Below, piece by piece: positions 1 through 11,500 of a stretch of 64,000 nucleotides of DNA (positions are counted from its first letter, which is position 1; the number at the start of each line of letters is the position of its first letter). The stretch is from assembly GCA_963668695.2 (NCBI GenBank), contig CAXXLQ010000004.1, positions 800,001-864,000 on the forward strand, read 5' to 3'. A program made the position numbers and the translations under genes. The stretch comes from Vicinamibacteria bacterium. Lineage in GTDB: Bacteria; Acidobacteriota; Vicinamibacteria; Marinacidobacterales; Marinacidobacteraceae. The notes beneath the pieces were generated by a model. It had not been told where the DNA came from, ran no database searches, and saw only the letters and a program-made list of their open reading frames with translations.

Positions 1-194
1 GGGACGTAGTGGGAGCCCTCGGAATACGCGAGCCGGATGATGCGGGTGAGCCCGTGGGACGAGCCGAACGCGTTCGGAACCTCGAAACGCTCAAGCCCCA
101 GCACCCGCGCGCCGCTCTTCGCGAGGTGGTAGACGGCGGCGCTGCCCATCCCTCCGACGCCGATGACGATCGCGTCGTAGAAAGGCGAACTCAT
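1..194 (-). CDS. solA: N-methyltryptophan/monomeric sarcosine oxidase family FAD oxidoreductase, 5' part (runs off window)
   Basis: Manual translation [60 protein letters not shown]: GxGxxG plus the GSSHGxTRIIR motif. Not in the ORF track. Confidence 0.85.
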   Translation of the reverse strand, partial: MSSPFYDAIVIGVGGMGSAAVYHLAKSGARVLGLERFEVPNAFGSSHGLTRIIRLAYSEGSHYV

Positions 195-302
195 GGGGCG
201 ATCAGGGGGAGCAGGCGACGGAGAGAGTGTCCGCCTATATGGTGTCCATCACGACTCAGCACCGTCCTAAAATATCCGTTTTATAGGCATTTGCCGTCCT
301 AG

Positions 303-1215
303 GAGTCTGCGCCGGAGGAGTCTTGCGGATTTCGAGTGGATGCGTTCGGGGGCAGGATGGTGTAGGGGTTCGGGTTTGATTTTGGGGGTAGTGAGAGATT
401 CGGAGTGATCGAAACGGCGCCAACGCGGGGTATTTCGGTTCGGAATCTGCGGCGAGCGGTCTGGGCGTGCGCCATCAGGCGGTTGTGAGCGCTCCGATCC
501 GCTTGATGTTCACAGCCAGGCACACCAGGTTCCACTCGGCTTGCACTTTCGCCAGCCCCCGGAAGCGGAAGCGGCGAAACCCCAGCACCTCCTTGATCCA
601 GCCGTTCGGCGCCTCGGATAGCCACTTCCGTCGGGCGTAGCGGGCCCGCCCCGCCTCCGTCTCCAATCTCTTTTTCATCCGACCGGTCGCCGGCCGTGTC
701 GCCGGGTCCACCGCCGCCTGCTTCTTCCCCTCCCGGCCCAGCGCCACATACCCGTCAATGTCTCGCTTCTCCAACTCCCGAAGGTTCGCCTCGCTGCAAT
801 ACCCCGCATCCGCCAGAACCTCCTGCGGCTTCTCTCCCAAGGTCTCCTCCACCGCGTCCAGCATCGGAAGCAACTGCTCCACATCGTTCGCCTTCGCTCC
901 CACGCTCGCCCCCACCACGATCTGGTGCGCGTCATCCACCGCCGTCTGCGCGTTGTAGCTCTGCTGGAATCCCTCCGTGCTCGTCTTCATGATCCGACTC
1001 TGCGGGTCCGTGAAGTTGCTCTGCGCCTTCGGCTCCGGCTCCCCATACTCCCGCTGGTAGGGCCTACCGCCTTTCGCCGGCCGATCCTGTTCCGGCTGCC
1101 GGCCACGCTCGTCGTCCGCCCGCCGCTGCGCCGCCTCCAACCGCTCACGCGCCGCCTCGATCGCCGCCAGCCGATCCGCCCGCCGCCGCAACTCCGCCGG
1201 CAACTCGTCGCCACG
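303..1215 (-). mobile_element. IS1182-family element remnant (C-terminal half of transposase, stop at 475; 5' part lost)
   Basis: NFTDPQSRIMK...QSYNAQTAVD...LADAGY...YARRKWLSEAPNGWIKEVLGFRRF motifs. Probable element end GGCGCAGACTC next to CTAG at 299-302. Confidence 0.85.
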
Positions 1216-1251
1216 CACTGCTCCCGTGGTGCCAGCAGAAGGGCTATCGCC

Positions 1252-2044
1252 GGCATTGTCAACTTGGCCTCCTGCTGGCAGAGTTACCGCATGCCCAGCT
1301 GCCGCGGATACCGGTTTCCCCCTGAAATCATCAGCCACGCGGTGTGGCTCTATCATCGCTTCGCGCTCAGCTTCCGAGACGTGGAGGACTTGCTGGCCCG
1401 CCGGGGTGTCGAAGTCACCTATGAGGCCATCCGGAAGTGGTGTCGGCGGTTCGGTCCTGAGTATGCGGGCCGATTGCGGCGCCGACGTGGCCGGCTCGGC
1501 GACCTCTGGCATCTCGACGAGTTGTTCGTCACGATCCAGGGTCGCCAGCAGTACTTGTGGCGCGCTGTGGATGAGGACGGTGACGTCCTCGACATCCTCG
1601 TGCAACCGCGACGGAATCGGCACGCCGCGGTGCGCTTCTTTCGCAAGTTGCTGAAAAACCAGCGGCAAGTGCCGCGACGCCTGATCACCGACAAGCTGCG
1701 CAGCTACTCGGCTGCCTGTCGCACGGTGATGCCGTCGGTGCCTCACTGCACCGATCAGTACGCGAACAACCGCGCGGAGGTCTCCCATCAACCGACCCGA
1801 CAGCGTGAGCGCCAGATGCGGCGTTTCACGTCGGCCGCTCAGCTCCAACGGTTCGCGTCGGTTCACGGTATCGTGCAGAATCTGTTTCGAGTCGGTCGAC
1901 ACCTCCTGCGATCGGCTCACCACCGTCTGCTCCGCACTCGCGCGTTCGTTGAATGGGATGCGGTGACGTGCGCCTGCTGAGAACGATCGGGGGCGTCGAG
2001 GTCACGGGGCAAGAGCGCGCTACCCCCAACAAGTTGACAATGCC
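1252..2044 (+). mobile_element. IS6-family insertion sequence
   Basis: Perfect 15-bp terminal inverted repeats GGCATTGTCAACTTG (1252-1266) / CAAGTTGACAATGCC (2030-2044). No target duplication visible. Confidence 0.95.
1291..1980 (+). CDS. IS6-family DDE transposase
   Basis: YRFPPEIISHAVWLY, WHLDELFV, YLWRAVD, ITDKLRSY, NNRAEVSH motifs. Confidence 0.95.
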   Translation: MPSCRGYRFPPEIISHAVWLYHRFALSFRDVEDLLARRGVEVTYEAIRKWCRRFGPEYAGRLRRRRGRLGDLWHLDELFVTIQGRQQYLWRAVDEDGDVLDILVQPRRNRHAAVRFFRKLLKNQRQVPRRLITDKLRSYSAACRTVMPSVPHCTDQYANNRAEVSHQPTRQRERQMRRFTSAAQLQRFASVHGIVQNLFRVGRHLLRSAHHRLLRTRAFVEWDAVTCAC

Positions 2045-2103
2045 CCGTGCAGGCCATTGAGCCGCCTACTCCACCGACCGGACACTATGACGGGATCGCC
2101 TTG

Positions 2104-3609
2104 ATGCCTTTCGACGTTCTGACTGCCGAAATATCTCATGAGACTAATTCCTTCAATCTTCAGGAGACCGACGAGGAGGCCTTCAGAAACCGCTACGTGT
2201 TGATGGGCTCCGAAGCGATCGGCGAGCGCGGCACAGCGAATACGGAGCTGGCTGGCTTCCTCACAGCCGGTCGAGCACATGGCTGGCAGGTCACGCATGT
2301 ACTCAGTGCGGCTGCCGGGCCAAGCGACAAAGTGACACGGGCGACGTTTGACTGGCTCTGTGACCCGATAATCTCCGCGATCACACAGCACTCATTCGAC
2401 GGACTTCTGCTCGGGCTGCATGGCGCGATGGACCTTGATTTCTGTGAAGATGGCGAGGGTGAGTTGCTTTCGCGCATTCGACGCGTGGTGGGCGAAACAA
2501 TCCCAATTGCCATCACGCTTGACCCACATGCGAATGTCAGCAGCCGGATGTGTGCTCTGGCCAACATCATCGTGTCGTTCAAGACCTACCCTCACATAGA
2601 TATGCACGACACAGGTCATCAGGCCGGTGATATCTTGCACCGAGCGATGGCTGGCGACATCACGCCGTCCACAGTGCGAGTGAGCCGCCCTATGCTGGAG
2701 AAAGTCAATGGCGGGCGTACCGATGTGGGCCCGATGATCGAGCGCATTGCGGCAGCGCGGGCGTATGAGGAACACCCGGATGCGTTCGCTGTGAGCATCA
2801 ACGCCGGTTTCGCCGGTGCTGACGTCACGGAGGTCGGTCCGACGGTGTTGGTGACCGGTCAAGGGGATCATGCGGCGCACACCGCCTTCGCCGAAACTAT
2901 CGCTGATGACATCTGGAACAGACGCCATGAAGTGCTGAACGACTATTTGAGTGTCGAAGAAGCCGCGGCGATTGCCGCCACATACCAGCCTGTCCACGGA
3001 CCACTGGTCATTGCGGACTAGGCAGACAATCCGGGTGCAGGCGGCTACGGCGATTCAACCGATCTGTTGCGAGCGCTGCTTGATGCTGGCGTGGCGGATG
3101 CCTGTTTTGGTCCGATGGTGGATGGTGACGTAGCGCGGCGATTGCATTCTGATGTCGTTGGCACACGCGTTCACATGACTCTGGGTGGCAAGACCGAGCC
3201 ACGCTTCGGTGGAGGGCCACTTGCCCTTGAGGCGGAACTCGTGTCTCTCAGCGAGGGCCGTTTCACTGGCGACGGGCCGATGATCGATGGGCTCACTGGC
3301 AGTTTCTGTCCGAGTGCGGTACTGCGCGTTGGCGGTATTGAGATCCTGGTCGTGACCATCGCCCGCCAAATACTCGACCTGCAGCAATTCAAGGCCTTCG
3401 GCATCGAGCCGGAGAAAAAGTCCGTCGTGGCGCTACGATCGATGCAGCACTTCTGCGCCGCATTCGAACCGATTGCTGGACAGGTGATCGTGTGCGACTG
3501 CGGCGCACTGTGCACCCCACGCTACGACCCGCTGCCCTATCGCAACGTGCCACGACCGATTTTTCCTCTAGATCGGGATATGACCCTCGGTTCTGGATCG
3601 GCTACGTGA
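2104..3609 (+). pseudogene. M81/MlrC-family metallopeptidase with in-frame TAG at 3019-3021
   Basis: SHETNSF, LHGAM, LDPHAN, TYPHID motifs. VIAD*ADNPGAG continues in the same frame into the MlrC C-terminal domain. Confidence 0.9.
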
Positions 3610-4692
3610 AGGCGCCTGCGGAACGCTTCGGGCCTTAACCGCCTTGGCGACGAATGGTGAGGTCATGGCGCGAACGAGCGCGCTGTAGTTGAGCTCGAAC
3701 GTAACTTCGCTGCCAACATGCAGGCGGTAGCCACTGGAGTCTGTGACGAGGTGGTCGCTGCTGGCCCCGAGAACCGTGATCCCGGGTGGCGGAAGGAGGC
3801 CGTATGGGTCTGTGTCCTGGTGCCCGATGGCCAGGATCGCTCGCGGGATGAAGCCCCGGTCGGTGGCGGGCGGCCTTTCCCCGAAGGCCGTCTGTTGTTC
3901 CACGGTGCCCCGTGGCTGAGATGGTTTGACCTTCAGCTCGATCACCTCGGCAACGAGCGTAACGGCATCGGTGTGCAGCCCGTCGAGTGGTGACCGGCGG
4001 AGTGACTCACGGCCAAGGAGAATCGACTCGCCCAGACGGAGATTGTTGATCCGCCCGGTGTCTGAGCAGCCGAGCGCCCACTCGAGGCTGCCGGAGTTGC
4101 CTCCGGAGACGATGCCGAGTGAAAGTCCGAAGCTCGCCTCGATCGAATCGGCCAGCGCCGACAGCTCCGCCATGTTCTTGGCGTCGGGCACCACCCCGCT
4201 GTGACAGGCGAGGTTCGTCCCTATTCCCCTGAGCGCGATGTTCGGGAAACGAAGCGTCTCGCGCACGGTGTTCTCAAGGTCGCCGGGCATGACACCTTCT
4301 CGGAGGTCGCCCAGCTCGACCATCAACACGACTCCGTGGGTCTTGCCGGCCTCTGTCGCAGCGGAGGACAGCGCGCTCAGGACGTCAAGCTCGGTGTTGA
4401 AGCTCGTGTCGCAGTGCCGTACAACCTGGTTCACCTGACTCAGCATCGGAGACCGAATAAGCATCATCGGCGCCGGTACTCGCGAGCAACGCATCGCCTG
4501 GATGTTCTCGATGCGGGAGTCGCCGACCGCGGTTGTGCCCGCGTCGAGCATTGTCTGGGCGATGTCGGGTGAGCCGAGCATCGCTTTCGTGACGCCCGTA
4601 ACTGAGATACTGCGCCGGGCGAGCGATTCAACCAGCGCGCAGGCGTTATGGTGGATCTTGTCGAGGTTGATCTCCAATCGCGGCGCGGTCAT
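3568..4692 (-). CDS. Alanine/ornithine racemase-family PLP-dependent enzyme
   Basis: GVTK (PLP lysine), DSRIENI, MVELGDLREG, SGGNS, NLRLGES, GASSDH motifs. Start overlaps the upstream gene's stop. Confidence 0.9.
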   Translation of the reverse strand: MTAPRLEINLDKIHHNACALVESLARRSISVTGVTKAMLGSPDIAQTMLDAGTTAVGDSRIENIQAMRCSRVPAPMMLIRSPMLSQVNQVVRHCDTSFNTELDVLSALSSAATEAGKTHGVVLMVELGDLREGVMPGDLENTVRETLRFPNIALRGIGTNLACHSGVVPDAKNMAELSALADSIEASFGLSLGIVSGGNSGSLEWALGCSDTGRINNLRLGESILLGRESLRRSPLDGLHTDAVTLVAEVIELKVKPSQPRGTVEQQTAFGERPPATDRGFIPRAILAIGHQDTDPYGLLPPPGITVLGASSDHLVTDSSGYRLHVGSEVTFELNYSALVRAMTSPFVAKAVKARSVPQAPSRSRSRTEGHIPI

Positions 4693-5918
4693 GAAACCAC
4701 GACGGTCATCTTCTCCTCGAGCTCTGGAAACCCCGAAAGTACCATCTCCACCAAGCGGCCGGGCGATCGGGTAAGCGCATCGGTGGCCGGGATGCCGAGC
4801 TCGCACTCATACTCCGCGATGGCAGTGTCAACCTCGGTGTCGGTCATGTTCTCGTGATTGATCGTGATGCCAATGACCTTTGTATCGGAGAAGGTCTCGA
4901 TGAGATTGATCTCGGAGATCGCCGTCGGCATCGGCATCTGTTCGAAGTCGCAGCGATGGGCTCGACCCGGTGCGTGCTGCAACACGACACCGTGTGGGTG
5001 GCTGCCCCGGAGAATCAGACTCGAGGTCGAGAAGGCCGGGTGACTCAACGCGCCTTGTCCTTCGATGACGATCACGTCTGGATTCTCGCCCTTGAACGCC
5101 TCAACGACGGCGGCTTCCATCTCACCCGAACAGAACTGTGACGGAACAGCATCGAGCGCGACACCGTAGCGGGCACCCTGAATCAATCCTGTCTGGCCGG
5201 TGCTCACCAGCACCGTCTTCAGGCCGTGAGCGTTGAGGGCGCGGGTCAGGACGTTGGCCGTCGTGCGCTTGCCGATGGCGCAGTCAGTGCCGAGCACGGC
5301 GATCCGGGGGCAGGTGACTTCGGCGATGCGGCCAGTGAATATCCGGAGGTCTTTCTGCGCCCGCGGCTTTCGCACGTCGAGGATTTCCACGTTCCCCGCT
5401 GCACTGGCCGCCGCGAACTCCGGATCGTCGTTCAAGAACTCATGCAAACCGTTTACGATGTTCATCCCGAGACGCATCGCCTCAAACACGATACCGCGGT
5501 CATGTTTCGACAATAAGCCTGTCGCCGGGGCGATGCCGAAGATGAAGTAGTCGGGTACAAAGCCCACGTGCGCGAGTACGTCCGCGAGGTCCCGACGGAT
5601 GGGGATGGCGTTCGGCTCCTCGCCGAGCACTGTGCCAGAATCAAGACCGGCCTTCTCACTGTCGACGACCGAGAGGATCTGATACCGCTCCGAGTGACGA
5701 ACGAGCCCGTTGGCGGTCTTTCCATCGATGGCGCCGAAGTTCGCTTCGCAATACACGACGGCCGTTGGGGGGGGCGACGCCTCGCGGAGGCGGCGGTTCA
5801 GGGCAGATGACCCCAGCCGGCTGCCGACCGTCTCGCGAATCAAGGACCGGTCGTCGGAGTACCCGGCGTCGCCAGTGGGGCGACGCGGGCTCAGTGGGAG
5901 CTGCGCCAGTTGCGTCAT
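4689..5918 (-). CDS. DUF1611 domain P-loop protein
   Basis: GKTANGL, GLHEFL, GTDCAIGKRTT, TGQTG, IEGQGALSHP motifs. Confidence 0.9.
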   Translation of the reverse strand: MTQLAQLPLSPRRPTGDAGYSDDRSLIRETVGSRLGSSALNRRLREASPPPTAVVYCEANFGAIDGKTANGLVRHSERYQILSVVDSEKAGLDSGTVLGEEPNAIPIRRDLADVLAHVGFVPDYFIFGIAPATGLLSKHDRGIVFEAMRLGMNIVNGLHEFLNDDPEFAAASAAGNVEILDVRKPRAQKDLRIFTGRIAEVTCPRIAVLGTDCAIGKRTTANVLTRALNAHGLKTVLVSTGQTGLIQGARYGVALDAVPSQFCSGEMEAAVVEAFKGENPDVIVIEGQGALSHPAFSTSSLILRGSHPHGVVLQHAPGRAHRCDFEQMPMPTAISEINLIETFSDTKVIGITINHENMTDTEVDTAIAEYECELGIPATDALTRSPGRLVEMVLSGFPELEEKMTVVVS

Positions 5919-6221
5919 TCTTCTGTTCGACCTTTCACCCAAGTGCAGGCACGTGCGTGTTGTACCGCACCCGGTTTCTTGGACACACGTTTGCGCTACG
6001 CGGAATGGCGTAGCTCGTATTCCTCGCGCGCTTCGAGCGGCGTGCGATACGCCAGCTTCTCGAGGCGCCAGCACTGGTTGTCGTGTTCGACGAACCAAGC
6101 GCGGACGAAAACCTCTAGCCGCATCAACCGTGATCGGTTAATTTGAGGTCTTAGGTTTTGAACTATACCACTAGAGGTCTATAAGGTTGTTGGTCGCTTG
6201 GATCCGAGCGAGATCGAGCGA

Positions 6222-6317
6222 TGGCGGAGAGGGTGGGATTCGAACCCACGTGCCCGGCTCTTCACCGGACAAAGCGCTTTCGAGGCGCTCCCGTTACGGC
6301 CACTTCGGTACCTCTCC
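6222..6317 (-). tRNA. tRNA-Ser(CGA)
   Basis: GGAGAGG acceptor stem, AGCGC-CTCGAAA-GCGCT anticodon arm, long variable arm, GGTTCGAATCC T-loop, encoded CCA. Confidence 0.97.
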
Positions 6318-6358
6318 GGGCCTGGATGAACTCAGGGTTGAGCAATGTACGCCGGAAG

Positions 6359-6847
6359 TCAGCCGGCGGGGCTGGGAGCCCGCCGCCGCTCCTGGAAGAA
6401 ACGCTGCAACAACGCGCGTCCCTCGTCGGCCAAGACTCCCGAAACCACCGTGAGGCGGTGCGGTAGTCCTAGGCCCTCCAGCGCGAGCTTGGATTCTACT
6501 CCACCGAATTTGGGCTCCGGAGGACCGTAGACGAGACGGCGGATCCGGGCGTGGATGATCGCGCCCGTACACATCAGGCACGGCTCCACCGTGGTGTAGA
6601 GGTCGCAGCCAACGAGTCGGTAGTTGCCGATGCGCTCGGCAGCGGCGCGGAGGGCAAGGATCTCCGCGTGGGCGGTGGGGTCACCGGTCTTGAGAACGCG
6701 GTTCGAAGCGGCGGCGATGATTTCGCCGTCTTTCGCGACCACCGCGCCGACGGGGACTTCGCCGCCTAGGGCGGCGTCCTCCGCCTCGGCGAGCGCGGCC
6801 CGCATGAGGGCGAGGTCGTGGGGGTCCGAGCCGGTGCCTTCGGTCAC
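6359..6847 (-). CDS. tadA: tRNA adenosine(34) deaminase
   Basis: GEVPVGAV, DPTAHAE, LYTTVEPCLMC motifs. Confidence 0.93.
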   Translation of the reverse strand: MTEGTGSDPHDLALMRAALAEAEDAALGGEVPVGAVVAKDGEIIAAASNRVLKTGDPTAHAEILALRAAAERIGNYRLVGCDLYTTVEPCLMCTGAIIHARIRRLVYGPPEPKFGGVESKLALEGLGLPHRLTVVSGVLADEGRALLQRFFQERRRAPSPAG

Positions 6848-6970
6848 GGCGGGATCGTAGTGGTCCGGGGCTTTGCCTGTCGTTTAACGCCGTGTGGGTG
6901 GCGTTGCGCCATCCTCGGTGCCTGCTGCGCCATGCGGGGACTGGCGACGGGAGTTTCGCGGCCTACGGCT

Positions 6971-7018
6971 GCGATGCCGGTCTGAAGGCCCCTACCGGGA
7001 GAACCGGCCAGCGTTCCC
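6971..7018. repeat. REP-like palindrome carrying the 19-nt micro-insert
   Basis: GCGATGCCGGTCTGAAGG[CCCCTACCGGGAGAACCGG]CCAGCGTTCCC. Confidence 0.8.
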
Positions 7019-7159
7019 GCTGTCGCGCGCCATCTACGCAGGGGGCGATACGCCGTTCGCCCCGCTGCGCGGGGCGGTGTCGACCGGAGGTCCGGCGTTC
7101 CAAGCCGTCCCCGCCCTTCTGCTCGATCGGCGGCGCGCGGTCTCGCGGCCCTGTGGGCC

Positions 7160-7188
7160 GCGGTACCGGTCTGAAGACCGGCGCTCCC
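7160..7188. repeat. REP-like palindrome (empty form)
   Basis: CCGGTCTGAAGACCGGCGCTCCC hairpin; same family as 16402, 19598, 37389, 56186 and 61155. Confidence 0.75.
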
Positions 7189-7204
7189 TGCCCGGTTCCT
7201 ATAC

Positions 7205-8548
7205 TTGGCCGTCTTGGCTCGGGGACTGCGACGGGAGTTGCGTCTCGGCGACGCACTCTTCGTCAACATCGGGACGATCCTCGCGTCGGCGGCCTTCGTG
7301 GTTCCGGCCTACGTCATCGCCTCAACGGGTTCGGCGGGCGGCGCCGCGCTGATCTGGGTGGGAGCCGGAGCGATATCGCTCTGCGGAGCGTTCGCGATCG
7401 CCGAGCTCGCGGCGCTCTATCCGCACACCGGCGGCGAGTACGTCTATCTGGAACGGGCCTACCACCCCCTGGTCGGGTTCCTCTACGGCTGGAGCCTCTT
7501 CGCGGTCATCCAGACCGCCTCGATCGCCGCGGTCGCGGTCGTCTTCGTCGAGTACGGCGCCGAGTTCGTGCCGCTCAGCCCCGTTGCCGCGAAGGCGGCG
7601 GTGGTGGTGCTCATCCTCGGGCTCTCGCTTTGGAACTGCCGGAGCATTCGCGCCTCGGCCAGCACCCAGAACCTGACCACCATCGCCAAGCTGGTGATGG
7701 CGGGGGCGATCGTGGTGCTTTGCGTTTCCTTGGGCGACCAGTCGGTCGAGACCATCTCGCGGGCGCGGCTTCCGGTCGAGGGCTCGTGGGCGGCCCGCTG
7801 GGGCGCCGCCATGGTGGGGGCGCTGTGGGCCTACGACGGCTGGATCAGCATCACCTTCGTGGGCGGGGAGGTAAAAAACCCCCAGCGCTTCCTGCCGCGC
7901 GCCATCTCGCTCAGCCTGTTTCTGCTGATCGGTATCTATCTGCTGCTCAACTTCGCCTATCTGAAGGCGCTGCCGCTTGGGAGCTTCGTCGGGACCGAAA
8001 CCGTCGCGGCTGACGCCGCCGGACAGGCCGGGGGCCGGATCGGGGGTCAACTCGTCTCGCTCGCGGTGATGGTGTCGTGCTTCGCAGCGGCGAACGGCTT
8101 CATCTTCACGGGCGCCCGGGTCTACTACGCGATGGCGCGGGACGGGGCCTTTCTCCGCTCCTTCGCCCGGCTGAATTCGAGGGCGGTCCCGACGAACGCG
8201 ACGCTCGCCCAGGGGCTCTGGGCCGCGGCCATCGCGCTCACCGGCAGCTACGACCAGCTCTTCACCTACGTCGTGGTCGTTTCCTGGCTCTTCTACGGAC
8301 TCGGAAGCGCCGCGGTCTTCGTGCTGCGCTGGAAAAAGCCCGATCTCGAGCGGCCCTACCGGGCCTTCGGGTATCCACTCCTTCCGGCGGTCTTCACGAT
8401 CTTCTCGGCCGTTTTGCTGGTAAACACCCTCATCACGGACCCGCGCGACGCCCTGATCGGTCTGGGAATCACCGCGGCGGGCATTCCCGTATACCTTTAC
8501 TTCCGCAGGCAAAACGCGGGGCGCCCGGAAACGGACACCGCCGCGTAG
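7205..8548 (+). CDS. APC-family amino acid permease
   Basis: About 12 hydrophobic segments; AELAALYPHTGGEYVYL, WAYDGW, EVKNPQR, ARVYYAMARDG. Confidence 0.93.
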   Translation: MAVLARGLRRELRLGDALFVNIGTILASAAFVVPAYVIASTGSAGGAALIWVGAGAISLCGAFAIAELAALYPHTGGEYVYLERAYHPLVGFLYGWSLFAVIQTASIAAVAVVFVEYGAEFVPLSPVAAKAAVVVLILGLSLWNCRSIRASASTQNLTTIAKLVMAGAIVVLCVSLGDQSVETISRARLPVEGSWAARWGAAMVGALWAYDGWISITFVGGEVKNPQRFLPRAISLSLFLLIGIYLLLNFAYLKALPLGSFVGTETVAADAAGQAGGRIGGQLVSLAVMVSCFAAANGFIFTGARVYYAMARDGAFLRSFARLNSRAVPTNATLAQGLWAAAIALTGSYDQLFTYVVVVSWLFYGLGSAAVFVLRWKKPDLERPYRAFGYPLLPAVFTIFSAVLLVNTLITDPRDALIGLGITAAGIPVYLYFRRQNAGRPETDTAA

Positions 8549-8582
8549 CCGCCGGAACCCGTCCGGCACGGAGGACCACCCC

Positions 8583-11500
8583 ATGCGCAACCCGATGCGG
8601 CTTCAGGCCGCTCTCGCCCTTTCTTTCGCCCTCGGGCTCCCCGCGGCCGCGCTGGCCCAGCCGGCGCCCGACGAGCTCGGCGGCCTCAAATTCCGCCACA
8701 TCGGGCCCGTGGGCAACCGAGCCCTCTCGGTCGCCGGCATCCCGGGCAACCCCGACATCTACTACGCCGGGGCGGCCACCGGAGGAATCTGGAAGACCGA
8801 AGACGGGGGCATCAAGTGGCGCCCGGTGTTCGACGACCAGGATGTCCACGCCATCGGCGCGCTGGCCGTCTCCGAGTCCGACCCCAACATCGTGTGGGCC
8901 GGGACCGGCGAGACCTTCATCCGGGCCAACGTCTCCATCGGCATCGGAGTGTTCAAGTCCACCGACGCCGGCGAGACCTGGAAGCACATGGGCCTCGACG
9001 CGACCGCGCGGATCGGCCGGATCATCATCCATCCGACGAACCCGGACATCGTTTACGCGGCGTCGCTGGGACACGCCTACACCCCCCAGCCGGAGCGCGG
9101 CATCTACCGGACCATGGACGGGGGCGAGACCTGGGAACACGTCCTGTTCGTGGACGAAAACACCGGCGCCTCGGACCTGGTGATGGACCCGAACAACCCC
9201 CGGATCCTGTACGCCGGGATGTGGCAGCTCGAGTTGAAGACCTGGACCCGGGTGAGCGGCGGACCCGGAAGCGGCCTCCATATGAGCCGGGACGGCGGCG
9301 GCACCTGGACGAAGCTCGAAGGCAACGGCCTTCCGGAGCTGGAGGTGGGCAAGATCGCGCTTTGCATGAGCAAGTCGGACTCCCGGCGGGTGTTTGCGTT
9401 GATCGAGACGGCGGACGGCGTCTCCTACGCCGGCGAAGAAGCCGAGAGCGGAGAGCTGTGGGCCACGAGCGACGGCGCCAAGACCTGGACGCTCCAGACC
9501 CACAACCGGGACCTCGCGGGCAGAAACGCCTACTACTCCCGCTGCGGGGCGGCGCCGGACGACAAGGACGAGGCCTACTTCCTCACTTCGTCCTTCGCCT
9601 CGACCCTGGATGCCGGCAAGTCGCACCGGGTGCACGGCCGCGATGAGGCGCCGGGCTGGGACCACCACGACATCTGGATCGACCACACCGACGGCGACCG
9701 GATGGCGGTGGCGCACGACGGCGGGGTGTCCATCTCGCGAAACCGGGGCGCCTCGTGGTTCAAGATCCAGTTGCCGCTCGCCCAGATGTACCACGTGACG
9801 GTGGACAACGACATCCCCTACAACGTGCTCGGGAACCGGCAGGACGGCCCCTCCACCCGGGGGCCGAGCCGGGCGTTCACCGGCGGGTTCTTCGGCAGCG
9901 GCATTCCCCGGGGGATGTGGCACGGGGTCGGCGGGGGCGAGAGCGGCTTCGCGACTCCCGATCCGGAGGATCCGAACATCGTCTGGTCGAGCGCTTCCGG
10001 CGCCGGCGCCGCCGGCGGGATCGTGGTCCGCTACGACGAGCGCACCCGGCAGTTCCGCCAGCTCGAGGTCTGGCCGGAAAGCACGATGGGCTGGCCGGCC
10101 CAGGACCTGCGGTACCGGTTCCAGTGGGTCTTCCCGCTACTGATCTCGCCGCACGACCGCAACACCGTCTATGTCGGCAGCCAGCACGTCCACCGGACCA
10201 CCAACGGGGGCCAGAGCTGGGAGGAAGTCAGCCCCGATCTGACCACCAACGACAAGTCCCGCCAGACCATCTCCGGCGGCCTCACCCCGGACAACATCGG
10301 GGTGGAGTTCTGCTGCGTGATCTACGCGATCGACGAGAGCCCGGTTACCGAGGGCGTGATCTGGGCCGGCACCAACGACGGGATGATCCACCTGACCCGG
10401 GACGGCGGCGCCAACTGGACCGATGTGACCGCGAACGTGCCCGACATGCCGGTGGACGGGGTGGTGCGCAACATTGACGCCTCGAAGTGGGAGGCCGGCA
10501 AGGCGTACATGACCGTCGAAGCCCACCAGGTGGGCAACTTCGAGCCGTACGTGTACCGGACCGAAGACTTCGGAGAGTCGTGGACCAGGATCGTCAACGG
10601 CGTGGCGGACAGCCCGCTCAGCTACACCCGGAACGTGCGGGAGGATCCGGTGCGGCCCGGGCTCCTCTACCTCGGGACCGAGAACTTTCTCTACGTGAGC
10701 TTCGACGACGGGGACAACTGGCAGCGGCTCACGGGCGGGCTGCCGCCGAGCCCGATGTACTGGATCACGGTGCAGGAGCACTTCGGCGATCTGGTGGTCG
10801 GGACCTACGGACGCGGCTTCTGGATCATGGACGACATCTCGCCGCTCCAGCAGTGGACCGACGAGGTGGAGGCCGCGAGCGTCCACCTGTTCCAGCCCCG
10901 GGGGGCCTATCGGTTCCATTCCATCACCGCGCCCTTCGCCCAGTTCGACGACTGGTCCGCCGGCGAGAACCCCCCCTACGGCGCCCCGATCAGCTTCTGG
11001 CTGGACGAGGCGACCGAAGATGTTTCCATCGAGATCAAGAGCGCCGGCGGGGAGACGATCCGCACCCTCGAGACGGAGGGAGAAGTCGGCCTGAACCGGA
11101 TGTACTGGGATCTTCGGGAGGAAGCCTCGACCAAGGCGGTACTGCGGACGCAACCCCGCTTCGCCGACTGGGTGGACCTCGACGAGGAGCGGACCCGCGA
11201 GGGGCAGATCGGCCGGATCTCGATCCTCGCTCCGCCCGGTCAGTACACCGTGGCGCTGAAGGTCGGGGACACCGAGCAGACGGCGCCCCTCGAGGTGCGG
11301 AAGGACCCGAAGAGCGAGGGCTCGATGGAGGACATCGCCGCCCAGACCGCGCTGCTCCGCCTGCTACGCGCCGACCTCGAAACGGTGACCGGGATGGTGA
11401 ACGAGATCGAGTGGCTGCGCCGCCAGGTGCTCGATTTGAAGATGGTGGCCGAGGAGGCCGGGCGGGTCGAATCCATCGCCTCGGTGGTGGACGGGCTCGA

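Noticed and set aside
475-1923. 482-aa ORF as one protein
   Set aside because: Chimera of antisense IS6 sequence and the IS1182 C-terminal half.
3019-3021. Pyrrolysine or amber recoding of in-frame TAGs (also 63594)
   Set aside because: TAG is the ordinary stop of many genes here, no pyl genes are seen, and both genes show other signs of decay.
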